A stretch of 64,000 bases of DNA from an uncultured Azospirillum sp. (GCA_902489795.1 CABUBU010000005.1:166-64165), one strand, 5' to 3'. Shown: positions 26,811 through 36,720, counted from the first letter of the stretch. Made by a program: numbers and translations. Notes: generated by a model not told the origin, from the sequence alone.

Positions 26811-27422
26811 TTACAAAGATTCTATTCTTTTTATCGATTCGTCAATCAGCTTTGCGCGGGCGCCGTCATCAAATTTTGCAGCCAGAGTGTCTTTCAGCAG
26901 CCCGATCGTCCGCTCAGTCACCAGCGATGCCAATTCGTTTTCAATGCGGCTTTGTTCGCCTCTGATTCTCTCATTGACGCTTTTCTCCTGCACCTGCATT
27001 TTTCGATCCAGATCCGCCAGCGCCTTTTTTTTCAAAACGCCGGCCTCTTTTTTGGCCTTTTCAATGATAGCCGCCCTTTCGCCATCAAGATTTTCAAGTT
27101 TTTTTTCATAGGCAGCCAGCAGTTTGCGCGCTTCCGTCTTCAGGTTTTCAGCCTCGTTGATACGCCTGGCTTCTTTCTCCGCATATTTGCCGAGATAAGT
27201 CAGCAGCATCTTTTTCAACGGCACGAACAAAACCGCAACCACCAGCACGAAAGTCATGCCTACCCAGAATTCGGCCGTCAGGTAAAAGGCTTCTCCGTTC
27301 CCGTGCAACTCTGCCGCCGTATCTTGTATAATCGTTTCCACGTTGCCGGCCGCGCCGACCACCGCCTGCTGGGTTGCATCAAGCAGCTCCCGGCTGCCGG
27401 AATTTGCCGCCTGTTCATTCAT
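26811..27422 (-). CDS. atpF: F0F1 ATP synthase subunit b
   Basis: ATG at 27422 (GGAGG upstream, 8-nt overlap with the b' stop). One TM helix (WVGMTFVLVVAVLFVPL) then a long charged helix. The tracked ORF extends spuriously to 27683. Confidence 0.85.
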   Translation of the reverse strand: MNEQAANSGSRELLDATQQAVVGAAGNVETIIQDTAAELHGNGEAFYLTAEFWVGMTFVLVVAVLFVPLKKMLLTYLGKYAEKEARRINEAENLKTEARKLLAAYEKKLENLDGERAAIIEKAKKEAGVLKKKALADLDRKMQVQEKSVNERIRGEQSRIENELASLVTERTIGLLKDTLAAKFDDGARAKLIDESIKRIESL

Positions 27423-27906
27423 GTTCCCGCCTCCTTCCGGTCGTCTCGGCCACGTCTTCGGCCGAAACCAAACCACCCAGTTCCAGCCGGCCGGCAATCC
27501 GCACCGCCAGCTCTGCCGCAATGTTTTCGATCTGCTCCATCGTCTGTCGCCGGTTTTCTTCCGTCCGGCGTTCGTTTTCCGCCATCGCCTCCGCCAGCCG
27601 GCGGCTTTTTTCGACTTCCCGTGCCGCAATTTTCTTTTCCAGCTCTTCACCGGCCTTTCGCAGATTCTCCGCCGCTTCGGCATTGGCCTCGCGCAAAACC
27701 CGCTCGTATTTTTCCAACGCCTCTTCCGCCGTCTGCTTAAACTCTCCGGCCGCCGTCAGATAGTCGTCGATCTTGCGCTGCCGCCGATTCAGAATGTCGG
27801 TGATTTTCGGCACGATCATTTTGGCCATAACCAGCCACATCAGCGTAAAGCTGACGACCAGCCAGAAAGCCTGCGAAGGAAATGTGGAAAAATCAAGCTG
27901 TGGCAT
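27415..27906 (-). CDS. atpF2: F0F1 ATP synthase subunit b'
   Basis: N-terminus MPQLDFSTFPSQAFWLVVSF, typical of b-prime; single TM helix plus coiled helix; 163 aa. Confidence 0.85.
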   Translation of the reverse strand: MPQLDFSTFPSQAFWLVVSFTLMWLVMAKMIVPKITDILNRRQRKIDDYLTAAGEFKQTAEEALEKYERVLREANAEAAENLRKAGEELEKKIAAREVEKSRRLAEAMAENERRTEENRRQTMEQIENIAAELAVRIAGRLELGGLVSAEDVAETTGRRREHE

Positions 27907-28002
27907 AACGCCTCTTCCTCACCGATAAATTACCGTCCGCCCCGGCGGAACAGCGGGGAAAAGAGGTCTTCTCCCCATGTTCGCTCCGCCGACTCCTGAA
28001 AA

Positions 28003-28227
28003 TTATTCGCCGCCCGTCAGCATAAGCAGAGCAATAACCAGCGCATAGAGCGCAATCGCTTCAATCGCGGCAAAGCCCGCCCAGCCGTATATATCAACAT
28101 CTTTTTTCACTTGCGGATTGCGACCGACGGTAGTAATGATCGTTGTCCACAATTTAGTTACGCCCCAAGCAGCAACCGTCATTGACAAGGCGCAAACCGC
28201 AGCGCCCACATAAGCTAAAGGTTCCAT
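28003..28227 (-). CDS. atpE: F0F1 ATP synthase subunit c
   Basis: 74-aa two-helix proteolipid with the conserved carboxylate in FAAIEAIALYALVIALL. Confidence 0.92.
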   Translation of the reverse strand: MEPLAYVGAAVCALSMTVAAWGVTKLWTTIITTVGRNPQVKKDVDIYGWAGFAAIEAIALYALVIALLMLTGGE

Positions 28228-28283
28228 TTAATTTTCCTTTCAGATTTTAACATTAAACATATCCTACAAAATAATCTTTTTCG

Positions 28284-29006
28284 CTAGTGACTGCGCAAAG
28301 CGTCCCCCAGATAGATGCAGCTCAGCACCGTGTAGATGAAAGCCTGCAAAACGCCGATAAACAACTCAAAAACGACAATACAGGCACTAAACAGCATCGG
28401 TACTGCACCAAGCACACCCAGACTGACAATAAAACCGGCAATAATTTTGAGCATGATATGCCCCACCGTCATATTGGCCACCAGTCGCACCGTCAGGCTG
28501 AAAGGCTTGGAAAGCATGGAAATGGTTTCTATCGGCACGATCAGCGGTGCCAACACCAGCGGAATGCCTTTAGGCATAAACGTGCGCAGATACCCCCATT
28601 TCCGTTTGCGGATGCCAACCGCAACGTTAAACAGCAACGCCGCAATTGACAAAGCTCCTACCGCAGTTGCATGCGAAGTAAAGGTAAAGGCATAAGGGAA
28701 CAATCCTAAAACATTACCAAAAGCGACAAACAAAAAGACCGAAAAGATGAAACTGAAATATTTCAACCCTTCGGGACCGATATTCTCCTTCATCAGATTG
28801 GCGATAAAGCCGTAAACACATTCGGGCAGCGACTGCGCCAGTCCGGGAACGATGGTTCGGCGCCGCAGACAAAGCGAAAACAAAAGCGCTGCCGCCGCCA
28901 CCGCCAGCAGCATAAACAGCGAAGAGTTGGTAAAAGAAATATCGACGTCGCCGGCCTTAAGCGGAATAATCGGCTTAATAACAAACTGTTCCAACGGATT
29001 TGACAA
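28284..29006 (-). CDS. atpB: F0F1 ATP synthase subunit a
   Basis: 240 aa, polytopic. Conserved Arg in SLTVRLVANMTVGH. Confidence 0.93.
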   Translation of the reverse strand: MSNPLEQFVIKPIIPLKAGDVDISFTNSSLFMLLAVAAAALLFSLCLRRRTIVPGLAQSLPECVYGFIANLMKENIGPEGLKYFSFIFSVFLFVAFGNVLGLFPYAFTFTSHATAVGALSIAALLFNVAVGIRKRKWGYLRTFMPKGIPLVLAPLIVPIETISMLSKPFSLTVRLVANMTVGHIMLKIIAGFIVSLGVLGAVPMLFSACIVVFELFIGVLQAFIYTVLSCIYLGDALRSH

Positions 29007-29012
29007 CTTAAC

Positions 29013-29324
29013 CTACTCCTTATTCGTTTTCCGTTCCTCTTCCGCTTTGGCCAGACGGTAAACGTTCAAAATGCCGGCCGCTCCGCCCAAAAACAGAAGC
29101 ACCATCAGAAAAAACGGACGGCTGCCCGCCATGCGGTCAACCACGTAACCGACTGCGCCGCCGACCAGAATCGCCGACAGAAATTCCGCCGTAATTCTGA
29201 GGCCGACCCCCGCCGCTCCGGCATATTCCGAAGCTTTGGCCGGCTCCCGCAAACGTTTTTCCTTTTCCCGCTGGCGGGCAATTTTTTCCTCCAGTGCCCT
29301 GATGTCTTCAGGAATTTTTTTCAT
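29013..29324 (-). CDS. atpI: ATP synthase protein I (AtpI/AtpZ-like)
   Basis: 103 aa with a charged N-terminus and two TM helices, located directly upstream of atpB. Confidence 0.7.
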   Translation of the reverse strand: MKKIPEDIRALEEKIARQREKEKRLREPAKASEYAGAAGVGLRITAEFLSAILVGGAVGYVVDRMAGSRPFFLMVLLFLGGAAGILNVYRLAKAEEERKTNKE

Positions 29325-29350
29325 CGGCCAGCATATTCCCTAAAGGTTAC

Positions 29351-30076
29351 TTACTTGTTAACGCCAAGATATTTATTCAGCACTTCTTTCAGTTTTTCAT
29401 AATCGGGCACTCCGGGCAAAACTTCTTCGCCAAGATCACTCCTCACCAAGAAGGACGGCGTTCCCTGAATTTGCAGCTTTTCCATCGCGTCCTGACGAAC
29501 CGACATAATTTCCTTGGCCACGTTGTCGTCTTCCATACAGGCTTTGGCCTTTTCAGCAGAAAGCCCCTCCAGTTCGGCATAACTGGTCAGCAGTTTTTCG
29601 GTTTTAAAGGAAAGCCCCCAGGTCAGCTGTTTTTTAAACAGCAGGCTCAAAAAGTCAAAATATTTATCGGCAGGCATACAACGAGCCAGCATTGCCCCTT
29701 TCATTGATTTGGCATCGATCGGAAAATCGGCAAACACCAGCTTGACCTTGCCGCTGTCAATATAATCTTTCTTCAACTCAGGCAGCATGTTCAGATGGAA
29801 ATCGGCACAATGGGAACAGCCGAGCGACGAAAACTCATAAATCGTCACCGGCGCGTCCGTGCTGCCGAGCACATGCGCGGCATTCATTTCAAAACGGCTG
29901 GGCACCGCGCCGCCGGCGACCGCCGACACCGACGCTTCCGCCGGTCTGACCAACACCAGACTGCCGTCCACCCAGTTGAATCCCTTCTGCGACAGATAGA
30001 AACCGTCGGCCATCAAGAACATAAACGCCGCGGCCAACACCTGGCTCACTCTCTTTATGATATTTTCAAAAGTCAT
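29351..30076 (-). CDS. DsbA-family thiol:disulfide oxidoreductase
   Basis: N-terminal anchor helix and a thioredoxin fold with CSHC (FSSLGCSHCADF). Confidence 0.85.
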   Translation of the reverse strand: MTFENIIKRVSQVLAAAFMFLMADGFYLSQKGFNWVDGSLVLVRPAEASVSAVAGGAVPSRFEMNAAHVLGSTDAPVTIYEFSSLGCSHCADFHLNMLPELKKDYIDSGKVKLVFADFPIDAKSMKGAMLARCMPADKYFDFLSLLFKKQLTWGLSFKTEKLLTSYAELEGLSAEKAKACMEDDNVAKEIMSVRQDAMEKLQIQGTPSFLVRSDLGEEVLPGVPDYEKLKEVLNKYLGVNK

Positions 30077-30088
30077 TGCTACTCCTGT

Positions 30089-30631
30089 TTATTTGCGGTT
30101 TTGCGATAATACACACTTTCCCAGACGGATCAGGCTGTCTTTGAGATCGCCGTCGTTCAGCCCCCCGGTCAGTTGTTCAATATAATTTTGTTCCTCGCCG
30201 CTTACAAGTATTTTCTTAAATTCCGGTTGATTAATTTTCCGCCGCCGGCGAAAGGGAACCCCGCCGCTCTGACGGATTCGGAGTTCGGAAACCGCGTTGT
30301 AGCCAAAAAATGCGTTAACCTTTTCCAGCACAAACTTTTCCCGGTGCTGCAGTTCCAGAGCAAAAGCGCCGTTGACCGCCGCCACCTGCAAAACGCCGTT
30401 CTGCCGTTCCCTGCCGCGGAAACTGATTTTTTCCGGGAAAGTGAAAGCGGCCAGTTCCTCCCCTGCAATCTGTTCCCAAAAAGCCAGCACGTCGGCCGCC
30501 ATCATCCCCTTTCGGCCGAGGATTCGGCGCAAAAGCGGCATCGTTTCGGAGGCCAGCGTATTCAGCCCCGAAGCCGTTCTTTTTTCCTCATTTGTCGTTT
30601 TTTCTTTCGTCATAATCGTTACGGCTAGCAC
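30089..30631 (-). CDS. DUF721 (DciA-like) protein
   Basis: Pattern W..I.G..LA..T.P.....G.L.V.....A.A.ELQ.....L...N.F.G recognisable in FWEQIAGEELAAFTFPEKISF...VLQVAAVNGAFALELQHREKFVLEKVNAFFGY. Start uncertain (30631 or 30611). Confidence 0.65.
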   Translation of the reverse strand: MLAVTIMTKEKTTNEEKRTASGLNTLASETMPLLRRILGRKGMMAADVLAFWEQIAGEELAAFTFPEKISFRGRERQNGVLQVAAVNGAFALELQHREKFVLEKVNAFFGYNAVSELRIRQSGGVPFRRRRKINQPEFKKILVSGEEQNYIEQLTGGLNDGDLKDSLIRLGKCVLSQNRK

Positions 30632-30814
30632 AAAACCGTTGAAAAAGCAAGCATACTGCTTAAATTATACCGGCGGCTCCAAACGGACTCCCGACAAATC
30701 CGGCCGATCCCGACAAATTCTGCCGCCGCCGCACAAAAAACTTGATTCAATTAAAAAATTAATGTACTCTTTGTCCAGAATTTTCATTTTGCTTTAACGA
30801 GAGGAATCTTTAGA

Positions 30815-31435
30815 ATGTTGAAAAAAATGTTGGCCGGAGCATCGGCAATAGTTTTGGGAATGGTCGCGGCTTCCGACGCCATGGCCGAATGCGACGGTAT
30901 TTACCTCGGCTTGCGCGGCGGTGTTGCCGAACCTGACATCGGAGACAGACACACCTCGGGTGACCGTCTGGACATCGACGACAACCTGTTCATGCTTTCC
31001 GGCGCCATCGGTTACCGTTATCAGTACTTCCGCGCCGAAGTCGAATATATCTGGCGCGACAAGAGCGAAGATTCCGAAACGCTCGTCATTCCGGTGGAAG
31101 GACGCGATCCGATCGTTTCCACCAGTACCGGCACGTTTGAATACGATTCCTATATGTTCAACGTCTATTACGACTTCTCTCCGTATACTTGGTTTACGCC
31201 CTATCTGCAGGCCGGTATCGGTGTAACCAACCTTGAATACAAATTCTCGTACGACGACGGCCGCGACAGTTACAAGAAACACAATTTCACCTGGGTACTG
31301 GGCGGCGGTATCTCCGCAAAGATGACCAACCGCCTGAACATCGACGTCGGTTACCGTTACTACGACATGGGCAAAATCGGCGACGGCAAAGTCCACAATC
31401 AGGAAATCTACGGCGGCGTCCGCTACGTTTTCTAA
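30815..31435 (+). CDS. Small outer-membrane beta-barrel protein (Omp25/OmpA-like porin family)
   Basis: Signal peptide ending AMA, alternating beta-strand pattern, and aromatic C-terminus GGVRYVF. A terminator follows. Confidence 0.8.
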   Translation: MLKKMLAGASAIVLGMVAASDAMAECDGIYLGLRGGVAEPDIGDRHTSGDRLDIDDNLFMLSGAIGYRYQYFRAEVEYIWRDKSEDSETLVIPVEGRDPIVSTSTGTFEYDSYMFNVYYDFSPYTWFTPYLQAGIGVTNLEYKFSYDDGRDSYKKHNFTWVLGGGISAKMTNRLNIDVGYRYYDMGKIGDGKVHNQEIYGGVRYVF

Positions 31436-31451
31436 ATTGCAAATCTACAAA

Positions 31452-31479
31452 AAACTCCCCTGCCCGGGGAGTTTTTTTA
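31452..31479 (+). terminator. Intrinsic terminator of the OMP gene
   Basis: AAACTCCCC-TGCCC-GGGGAGTTTTTTT. Confidence 0.8.
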
Positions 31480-31613
31480 GTTCAAGCATCGACAAAAACC
31501 GACAGATGCGGACATTTCGACCCAGCGGCAAGGATTACGAAGCTTTCAAGATGCATATTTAAGGAACTAAAATCAAGTCTGCGGCGGCCGGCGGACACTT
31601 GTCGGCACTGCCG

Positions 31614-32432
31614 TCAGCGGCCGGTGCCAAAACGCCGATTCAGCCAGTCGAGCATCGTCCGATGGTTGCCGTCTTCAAAAAACAAACGGTTGTGGTCAAC
31701 CCCCTCCGCCAAAAAGAATTCCTTGTCCGCAGCTGGCGACAATTTAAAAAGTTCCTGTCCATGGTATGGCAGAATCAGTTTGTCTTCGCTGCCGTGAACA
31801 ACCAGCAGCGGCCCCGAGTAGGCGGCAATAAACCGGCTTGATTCCAAACGGTTTTTCAACACCAGCCGGGCCAGGGGAATCGGCTTGTCGCCGACCTCGC
31901 GTTCCAGAGAATAAAACGGCGCGGCCAGAATCAGCGCGTCGGCAGAGCACATGCCTGCCGCCGCCGAAGCCGGCGCGGTTCCCATCGAATAGCCAAAAAC
32001 GACAATTCTGTCATGCCCGAGTCTGTCTTTCAGATAATTGCAGGCAACGACGGCATCGGCATACATTGTTTCTTCCGAAAGCTTACCGCCGCTTAAGCCA
32101 AAACCGCGATATTCGGGCATAAACACCGGGTAGCCGGCATCAATATACGCTTTCAGATGCGGCGCAAAAGTCGCCAGCTGCCCGGCATTGCCGTGGAAAA
32201 ACAAAATTGCCGGCTTGTCGGCGGCGCCTTTTGCATACCAGGCCATAATCAAGTGCCCGTCGGCGGTTACCAGCGGTCGCTCTTCAAACGCCGGTACGCC
32301 GGCATTGTTTGGGCCGGCATAAAACCTGTCCGGATAAAAGATGAGATAATCCTGCACCGCATACAGACAGACCAGATAAACGACGACGAACGCCGCTCCC
32401 GCAGCCGCTGCCCGCAATATTTTTTTCAACAT
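31614..32432 (-). CDS. Alpha/beta-fold hydrolase
   Basis: ATG at 32432 (GGAGG upstream). N-terminal TM helix, oxyanion HG (FFHGNAG), nucleophile elbow GYSMGT, C-terminal DHN. The tracked ORF extends spuriously to 32789 across the divergent neighbour. Confidence 0.85.
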   Translation of the reverse strand: MLKKILRAAAAGAAFVVVYLVCLYAVQDYLIFYPDRFYAGPNNAGVPAFEERPLVTADGHLIMAWYAKGAADKPAILFFHGNAGQLATFAPHLKAYIDAGYPVFMPEYRGFGLSGGKLSEETMYADAVVACNYLKDRLGHDRIVVFGYSMGTAPASAAAGMCSADALILAAPFYSLEREVGDKPIPLARLVLKNRLESSRFIAAYSGPLLVVHGSEDKLILPYHGQELFKLSPAADKEFFLAEGVDHNRLFFEDGNHRTMLDWLNRRFGTGR

Positions 32433-32517
32433 TTTCGACCTCCGCCAGAAAAAACTTGACTTCTCCCTTCTCTGATGGCGTAAATTATAACCAGCAATTA
32501 ATTTCGGATAAGTTAAA

Positions 32518-33693
32518 ATGACTGACAAAAAACTGTACCTGACACGCGCCCAGCTAATTTCTGAACTGGGACGCTGTTTGGGCTGCAAAAACAAACCCTG
32601 CATGAACGCCTGCCCCGTCAACTGCAACCCGCAGGAGTTTATCGCCAAAGCAAAGGCAAACGATTTTGCCGGCGCGGTCGAGAGCATTACCCGCAACAAC
32701 CCGATGGGACAGACCTGCGGCCTGATCTGCCCCGACAAGTTCTGCATGCAGGCCTGTACCCGCGCCGGCATCGACTTTCCGATCAACATTCCGCGGGTTC
32801 AGGCCACCATTTTGGAAAAATACCGCACCGCGGAATCCGCCGTCCATCCCAAGCTGCCGGCCAACGGCAAAAAAGTCGCCGTCATCGGCGCCGGGCCGGC
32901 GGGCATTGCCGCAACGGCGGAACTGTCACGGCTCGGTTACCGCATTACCCTGTTTGAGGGAGATGAAAAAATCGGCGGCGCCCTCAATCTCATCCCCGAC
33001 AGCCGGCTGCCATTTGAGGTCATCGCCAAAGACTGGAGCTTTATTGACGCCCCCGACATGATCGAACTGCGGCTCAACGCCCCCGTCGACACCCCCGCCG
33101 CGCTTCTGAACCGGGACTTTGACGGCGTTATCGTCGCCACCGGAGAACCGGAAGGCATTAACCTCGACATTGAAGGTGAAGAGCACGCCGTTTCCTATCT
33201 TGACTATCTCCGCCACCCCGAGTGCTATACGGCGGAAGGAAACGTCGCCGTCATCGGCGGCGGCGCTGTCGCTGTCGACTGTGCGCTGACAGCCGTCAAC
33301 TTTGGCGCCGAAAACGTTGAAATGTTCGTCCGCCGCAGGGTATCCGACATGCGGATCACCGGCGAGGAACGAAAATCGCTGCTTGATGCCGGCGTAGATC
33401 TGACCACCATGACCAAAGTCAAAAAAATCGGTACCGACGGCGAATATCTCACCCTGTATACCGCCAAAAACCGTTTTAACCGCGGCAAACTGGAAGAAAT
33501 TCCCGACACCACCATTGCCCGACCCGGCTTTTCCCTGGTTATCAAAGCCATCGGCAGCACCGCTCCCCGCCAGCCGGACACCGACCGTGTCATCTATGCC
33601 GGCGACTGCAAACACGGCGGCTCCACCATCGTCGAAGCTCTGGCTTCTGGAAAAACGGCAGCCTGCAGCCTGGACGAAAAACTGATTCCCTGA
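32518..33693 (+). CDS. GltD/PreT-like NAD(P)H-dependent Fe-S flavoprotein oxidoreductase
   Basis: N-terminal Cys clusters (CLGCKNKPCMNACP; CGLICPDKFCMQAC) and two Rossmann GxGxxG motifs (VIGAGPAG, VIGGGAVA). 391 aa. Confidence 0.8.
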   Translation: MTDKKLYLTRAQLISELGRCLGCKNKPCMNACPVNCNPQEFIAKAKANDFAGAVESITRNNPMGQTCGLICPDKFCMQACTRAGIDFPINIPRVQATILEKYRTAESAVHPKLPANGKKVAVIGAGPAGIAATAELSRLGYRITLFEGDEKIGGALNLIPDSRLPFEVIAKDWSFIDAPDMIELRLNAPVDTPAALLNRDFDGVIVATGEPEGINLDIEGEEHAVSYLDYLRHPECYTAEGNVAVIGGGAVAVDCALTAVNFGAENVEMFVRRRVSDMRITGEERKSLLDAGVDLTTMTKVKKIGTDGEYLTLYTAKNRFNRGKLEEIPDTTIARPGFSLVIKAIGSTAPRQPDTDRVIYAGDCKHGGSTIVEALASGKTAACSLDEKLIP

Positions 33694-33715
33694 AACGGCA
33701 AAGGACTTCTACCCG

Positions 33716-34680
33716 ATGGCATACGAAAAAATGCACAACATATTTGACCTTGCCATCCGTATGCAATCAAGCGCCGAAGGAATTTCCATCGCCGACGTCA
33801 TGCAGCAGTTTGACGTTTCTCGCCGCACGGCGGAAAGAATGCGCAATTTTATTCGCGAAAGATTTCCCCAGCTGACCGAAACCATCGGCGAACACGGTGT
33901 CAAACGCTGGCACCTGCCGTACGGATCACTCAAAAACTACATCAGTTTCTCGACCGAGGAAATATCCACCCTGCAAAACGCCCTGCGGCTATTAAAACAC
34001 GTTCAGCTTTGCGAACAGTCGCGCACGCTGGCCGGCCTTTTGACCAAACTCAAAGCCATGATGCGGCCGGAAGTCTGCTGCCGGATAGAAACCGACACCG
34101 AAATCATGCAGGCTTCCGAAGGCTACCTCTTCAGGCCGATGCAAAAAATCGAGATCAACCCGCGCCATCTGGCGCTGCTCCGACATGCCGTCACCGCCTG
34201 CCGTAAAATCCGCCTGTGCTGGGCAGAAAGAGGCCACCAGACAAAATGTCAAACATTATGCCCATACGCCTTCATTTACGGCCCCAATCATCACCTTATC
34301 GCCTATTCGGAAAAAAACGGGAGTTTCTCTACGTCTGCCTGAGCGACATCATTGACATTAAAGAAACCGGCAGCTATTTTATCCGCAACGCTGACTTTTG
34401 TCTGGAAAACCATTGCTGTGCAAATTTCGGACAGTTCAGCGAACCGGCTTTTGAAAACGAATGGCTTTTTGACGCCCGCTCGGCTGCTGCTGCCAAAAAC
34501 TATATTTTTCACCCCCGCCAGCAGGTTCGCGAAAACTCCAACGGCAGTCTGACCGTCAGTTTCAAAGCGGGCGGCGTGTTGGAACTGGGCCGCTGCCTTT
34601 ACGGCTGGGAACCGCATGTCAAAGTCATCAAACCCAAAAACTGGAAACACATGGTCAGGGAGGCCAAAAAACATGTCTGA
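33716..34680 (+). pseudogene. HTH-WYL-WCX transcriptional regulator, frameshifted in an A7 run
   Basis: Frame 1 (33716..34342) gives the HTH (ISIADVMQQFDVSRRTAERMRNFI) and the start of the WYL domain (YAFIYGPNHHLIAYSEK). A second frame (to 34680) continues REFLYVCLSDIIDIKETGSYF and the C-terminal extension. The switch maps to AAAAAAA at 34311-34317; one extra A restores a single ~321-aa ORF. Confidence 0.8.
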
Positions 34681-35482
34681 ACCGGCAGCGCAAACCATCC
34701 GCAGCCTTCTGCACGATCTGGAAGAACAATGGCAGATAAAAATTCTTTTTGCCGTTGAAAGCGGCAGCCGCGCCTGGCGGATCGAAAGTGCCGACAGTGA
34801 TTACAACGTCCGCTTTGTCTATTATCGATCGCTGAAAGACTATGTCAGCCTTGCCCGGGCGGGCGACGTCATTAACGCGGCGTTTGACCAAAAGCTTGCC
34901 CCCTGTACCGCGCACGACGCCTTGTACGACCTTTGCGGATTTGACATTTTCAAATTCCTGCGTCTTCTGGCAAAATCCAACCCTTCAACCATCGAATGGC
35001 TGATCTCAAACGTCGTCTACCTCGGACCGGTGCCGCCGGAACTGCGCACTTTTGCCGAAAAAAGTTTTGACGACGGCACTCTGATCCGCCACTACCGTTC
35101 CATGGGCGCCGACAATCTCCGGGAAATGGAAAAACGCCAAACCTTCACCGGCAAAAAATACCTCTACGCTTTCCGCGGCCTGCTCAACGCCTTTTGCGTC
35201 GCCGCATTCCGCCGCCTGCCGGAAACCGATTTCACCCACACGCTGGAAACCTGCCGGCAGACGCTCGGCGAAGAAACATACGCCGCCCTTTCCCGTTTGA
35301 TCGAAAACAAAAAATACGGCAGAGAAAAAGAAGACCTCGGCCGGCAACCGTTGCTTGACGAAGTGCTTGGCAAACTCCTTTCGCTTACCGAAACCAACGC
35401 CCGCGCACAAAATTTCCGAGAAGAAAAAGAACGCTTTTTAAACGCTTATCTGCAAAAACTGCTGTTGGGAGAAAAAGTATGA
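34673..35482 (+). CDS. Pol-beta-superfamily nucleotidyltransferase (COG3541-like)
   Basis: ATG at 34673 (GGGAGG upstream, 8-nt overlap with the WYL stop). Motif AVESGSRAWRIESADSDYNVRFVY matches G-S-x(n)-D-x-D nucleotidyltransferases of the predicted-nucleotidyltransferase family. The stop overlaps the cca start (ATGA). Confidence 0.7.
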   Translation: MSEPAAQTIRSLLHDLEEQWQIKILFAVESGSRAWRIESADSDYNVRFVYYRSLKDYVSLARAGDVINAAFDQKLAPCTAHDALYDLCGFDIFKFLRLLAKSNPSTIEWLISNVVYLGPVPPELRTFAEKSFDDGTLIRHYRSMGADNLREMEKRQTFTGKKYLYAFRGLLNAFCVAAFRRLPETDFTHTLETCRQTLGEETYAALSRLIENKKYGREKEDLGRQPLLDEVLGKLLSLTETNARAQNFREEKERFLNAYLQKLLLGEKV

Positions 35483-36720
35483 AAATCTATCAGGTCGGCG
35501 GCAGCGTACGCGACAGACTGCGCGGCCGACAGCCGCAGGATTACGACTATGTCGTCACCGGCGCCTCGCCTGACGAAATGCTTGCCCGCGGCTTTGTCCG
35601 TGTCGGCAAAGACTTTCCGGTGTTTCTCCACCCCGAAAGCAAAGAAGAATACGCACTTGCCCGCAAAGAGATTAAAACCGGCCGCGGCCACGCCGATTTC
35701 CGTTTTATTTTCGACCCCTCTGTCACTTTGGAAGAAGACCTCGAACGGCGGGACTTCACCTGCAACGCCATCGCCTTTGCCCCGCAAACGGGAGAATACT
35801 TTGACCCTTTCAACGGGCGGAAAGACATTGAAAACCGCGTTTTAAGGCACATTAACGCCGAACATTTTCAGGAAGATCCCCTAAGGGTTCTCCGCCTTTG
35901 CCGGTTTGCCGCCCAGCTCAATTTTACTCCAGCGCCGGAAACGCTTGAACTGGTTGCCCGGATGACGGCGGAAGGACAGCTTGCCCACCTCTCCGCCGAG
36001 CGGATATGGAAAGAACTGGAAAAAGCCCTGCGCTTTCCCGATTTTCCCCGTTTTGTACAGACTGCCCGCGCCTGCGGAGCGCTTGAAGCCGTTCTGCCGG
36101 AAGTCAACCGGTTGTGGAATACGCCCGAGCGCACCGACTATCACCCGGAAGGCAACAGCGGCGACCATACTCTGTCGGCGCTGGAACAGGCTGCCGGCGG
36201 CAATGCCCTCGTCCGCTTCGGCATTCTCCTGCACGATATCGGCAAAACCGTCACCCCGGCGGAAATTCTCCCTTCGCACCACAATCATGAACAAAACGGT
36301 CTGGGAATTATCCGCACAATCTGCCGCCGACTGAAAATCCCCAACCATTACCGCGATTTTGCCCTCACAGCCTGCCGTTATCATATGAAGTTTTGCAAAA
36401 TCCCGGAAATGAGGATCGGCACACTGGTCGACTTTTGCGAAGATCTCACCCGTGCCGGCTCAAAAGACCTTGAAAACTACATCGCCGTCTGCCGCGCCGA
36501 CATGCATGGCTGCAAACGAACAATTGCCAAAGAAGAAGACCTAATATTTGAACAAAATGCCACCCGATTGCGACAAATCGTAGCCATCTTGCAAGATATC
36601 AAAGCAACCGATATGCCAAACTTTGCAGTACTGCCCAAAGACGAACATTTTGGCAACCTATATCGCGAATTTCGCATCCAAAAAGTTCGGCAAATAATGC
36701 ATTCTGCTCAAAACAGTTGA
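35479..36720 (+). CDS. cca: Multifunctional CCA-adding enzyme (nucleotidyltransferase plus HD phosphohydrolase)
   Basis: MKIYQVGGSVRDRLRG, DYDYVV, RRDFTCNA, and an HD domain (LLHDIGK). 413 aa, E. coli Cca-like. Confidence 0.9.
   Translation: MKIYQVGGSVRDRLRGRQPQDYDYVVTGASPDEMLARGFVRVGKDFPVFLHPESKEEYALARKEIKTGRGHADFRFIFDPSVTLEEDLERRDFTCNAIAFAPQTGEYFDPFNGRKDIENRVLRHINAEHFQEDPLRVLRLCRFAAQLNFTPAPETLELVARMTAEGQLAHLSAERIWKELEKALRFPDFPRFVQTARACGALEAVLPEVNRLWNTPERTDYHPEGNSGDHTLSALEQAAGGNALVRFGILLHDIGKTVTPAEILPSHHNHEQNGLGIIRTICRRLKIPNHYRDFALTACRYHMKFCKIPEMRIGTLVDFCEDLTRAGSKDLENYIAVCRADMHGCKRTIAKEEDLIFEQNATRLRQIVAILQDIKATDMPNFAVLPKDEHFGNLYREFRIQKVRQIMHSAQNS

Noticed and set aside
26811-27683. 290-aa version of ATP synthase subunit b
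   Set aside because: The first 87 codons overlap the b' gene and are Arg/Lys/Trp-rich nonsense. The internal ATG at 27422 has a GGAGG RBS and gives the normal b architecture.
31614-32789. 391-aa version of the alpha/beta hydrolase
   Set aside because: The N-terminal 119 codons overlap the divergent oxidoreductase gene. The ATG at 32432 has a GGAGG RBS and begins with a TM anchor.
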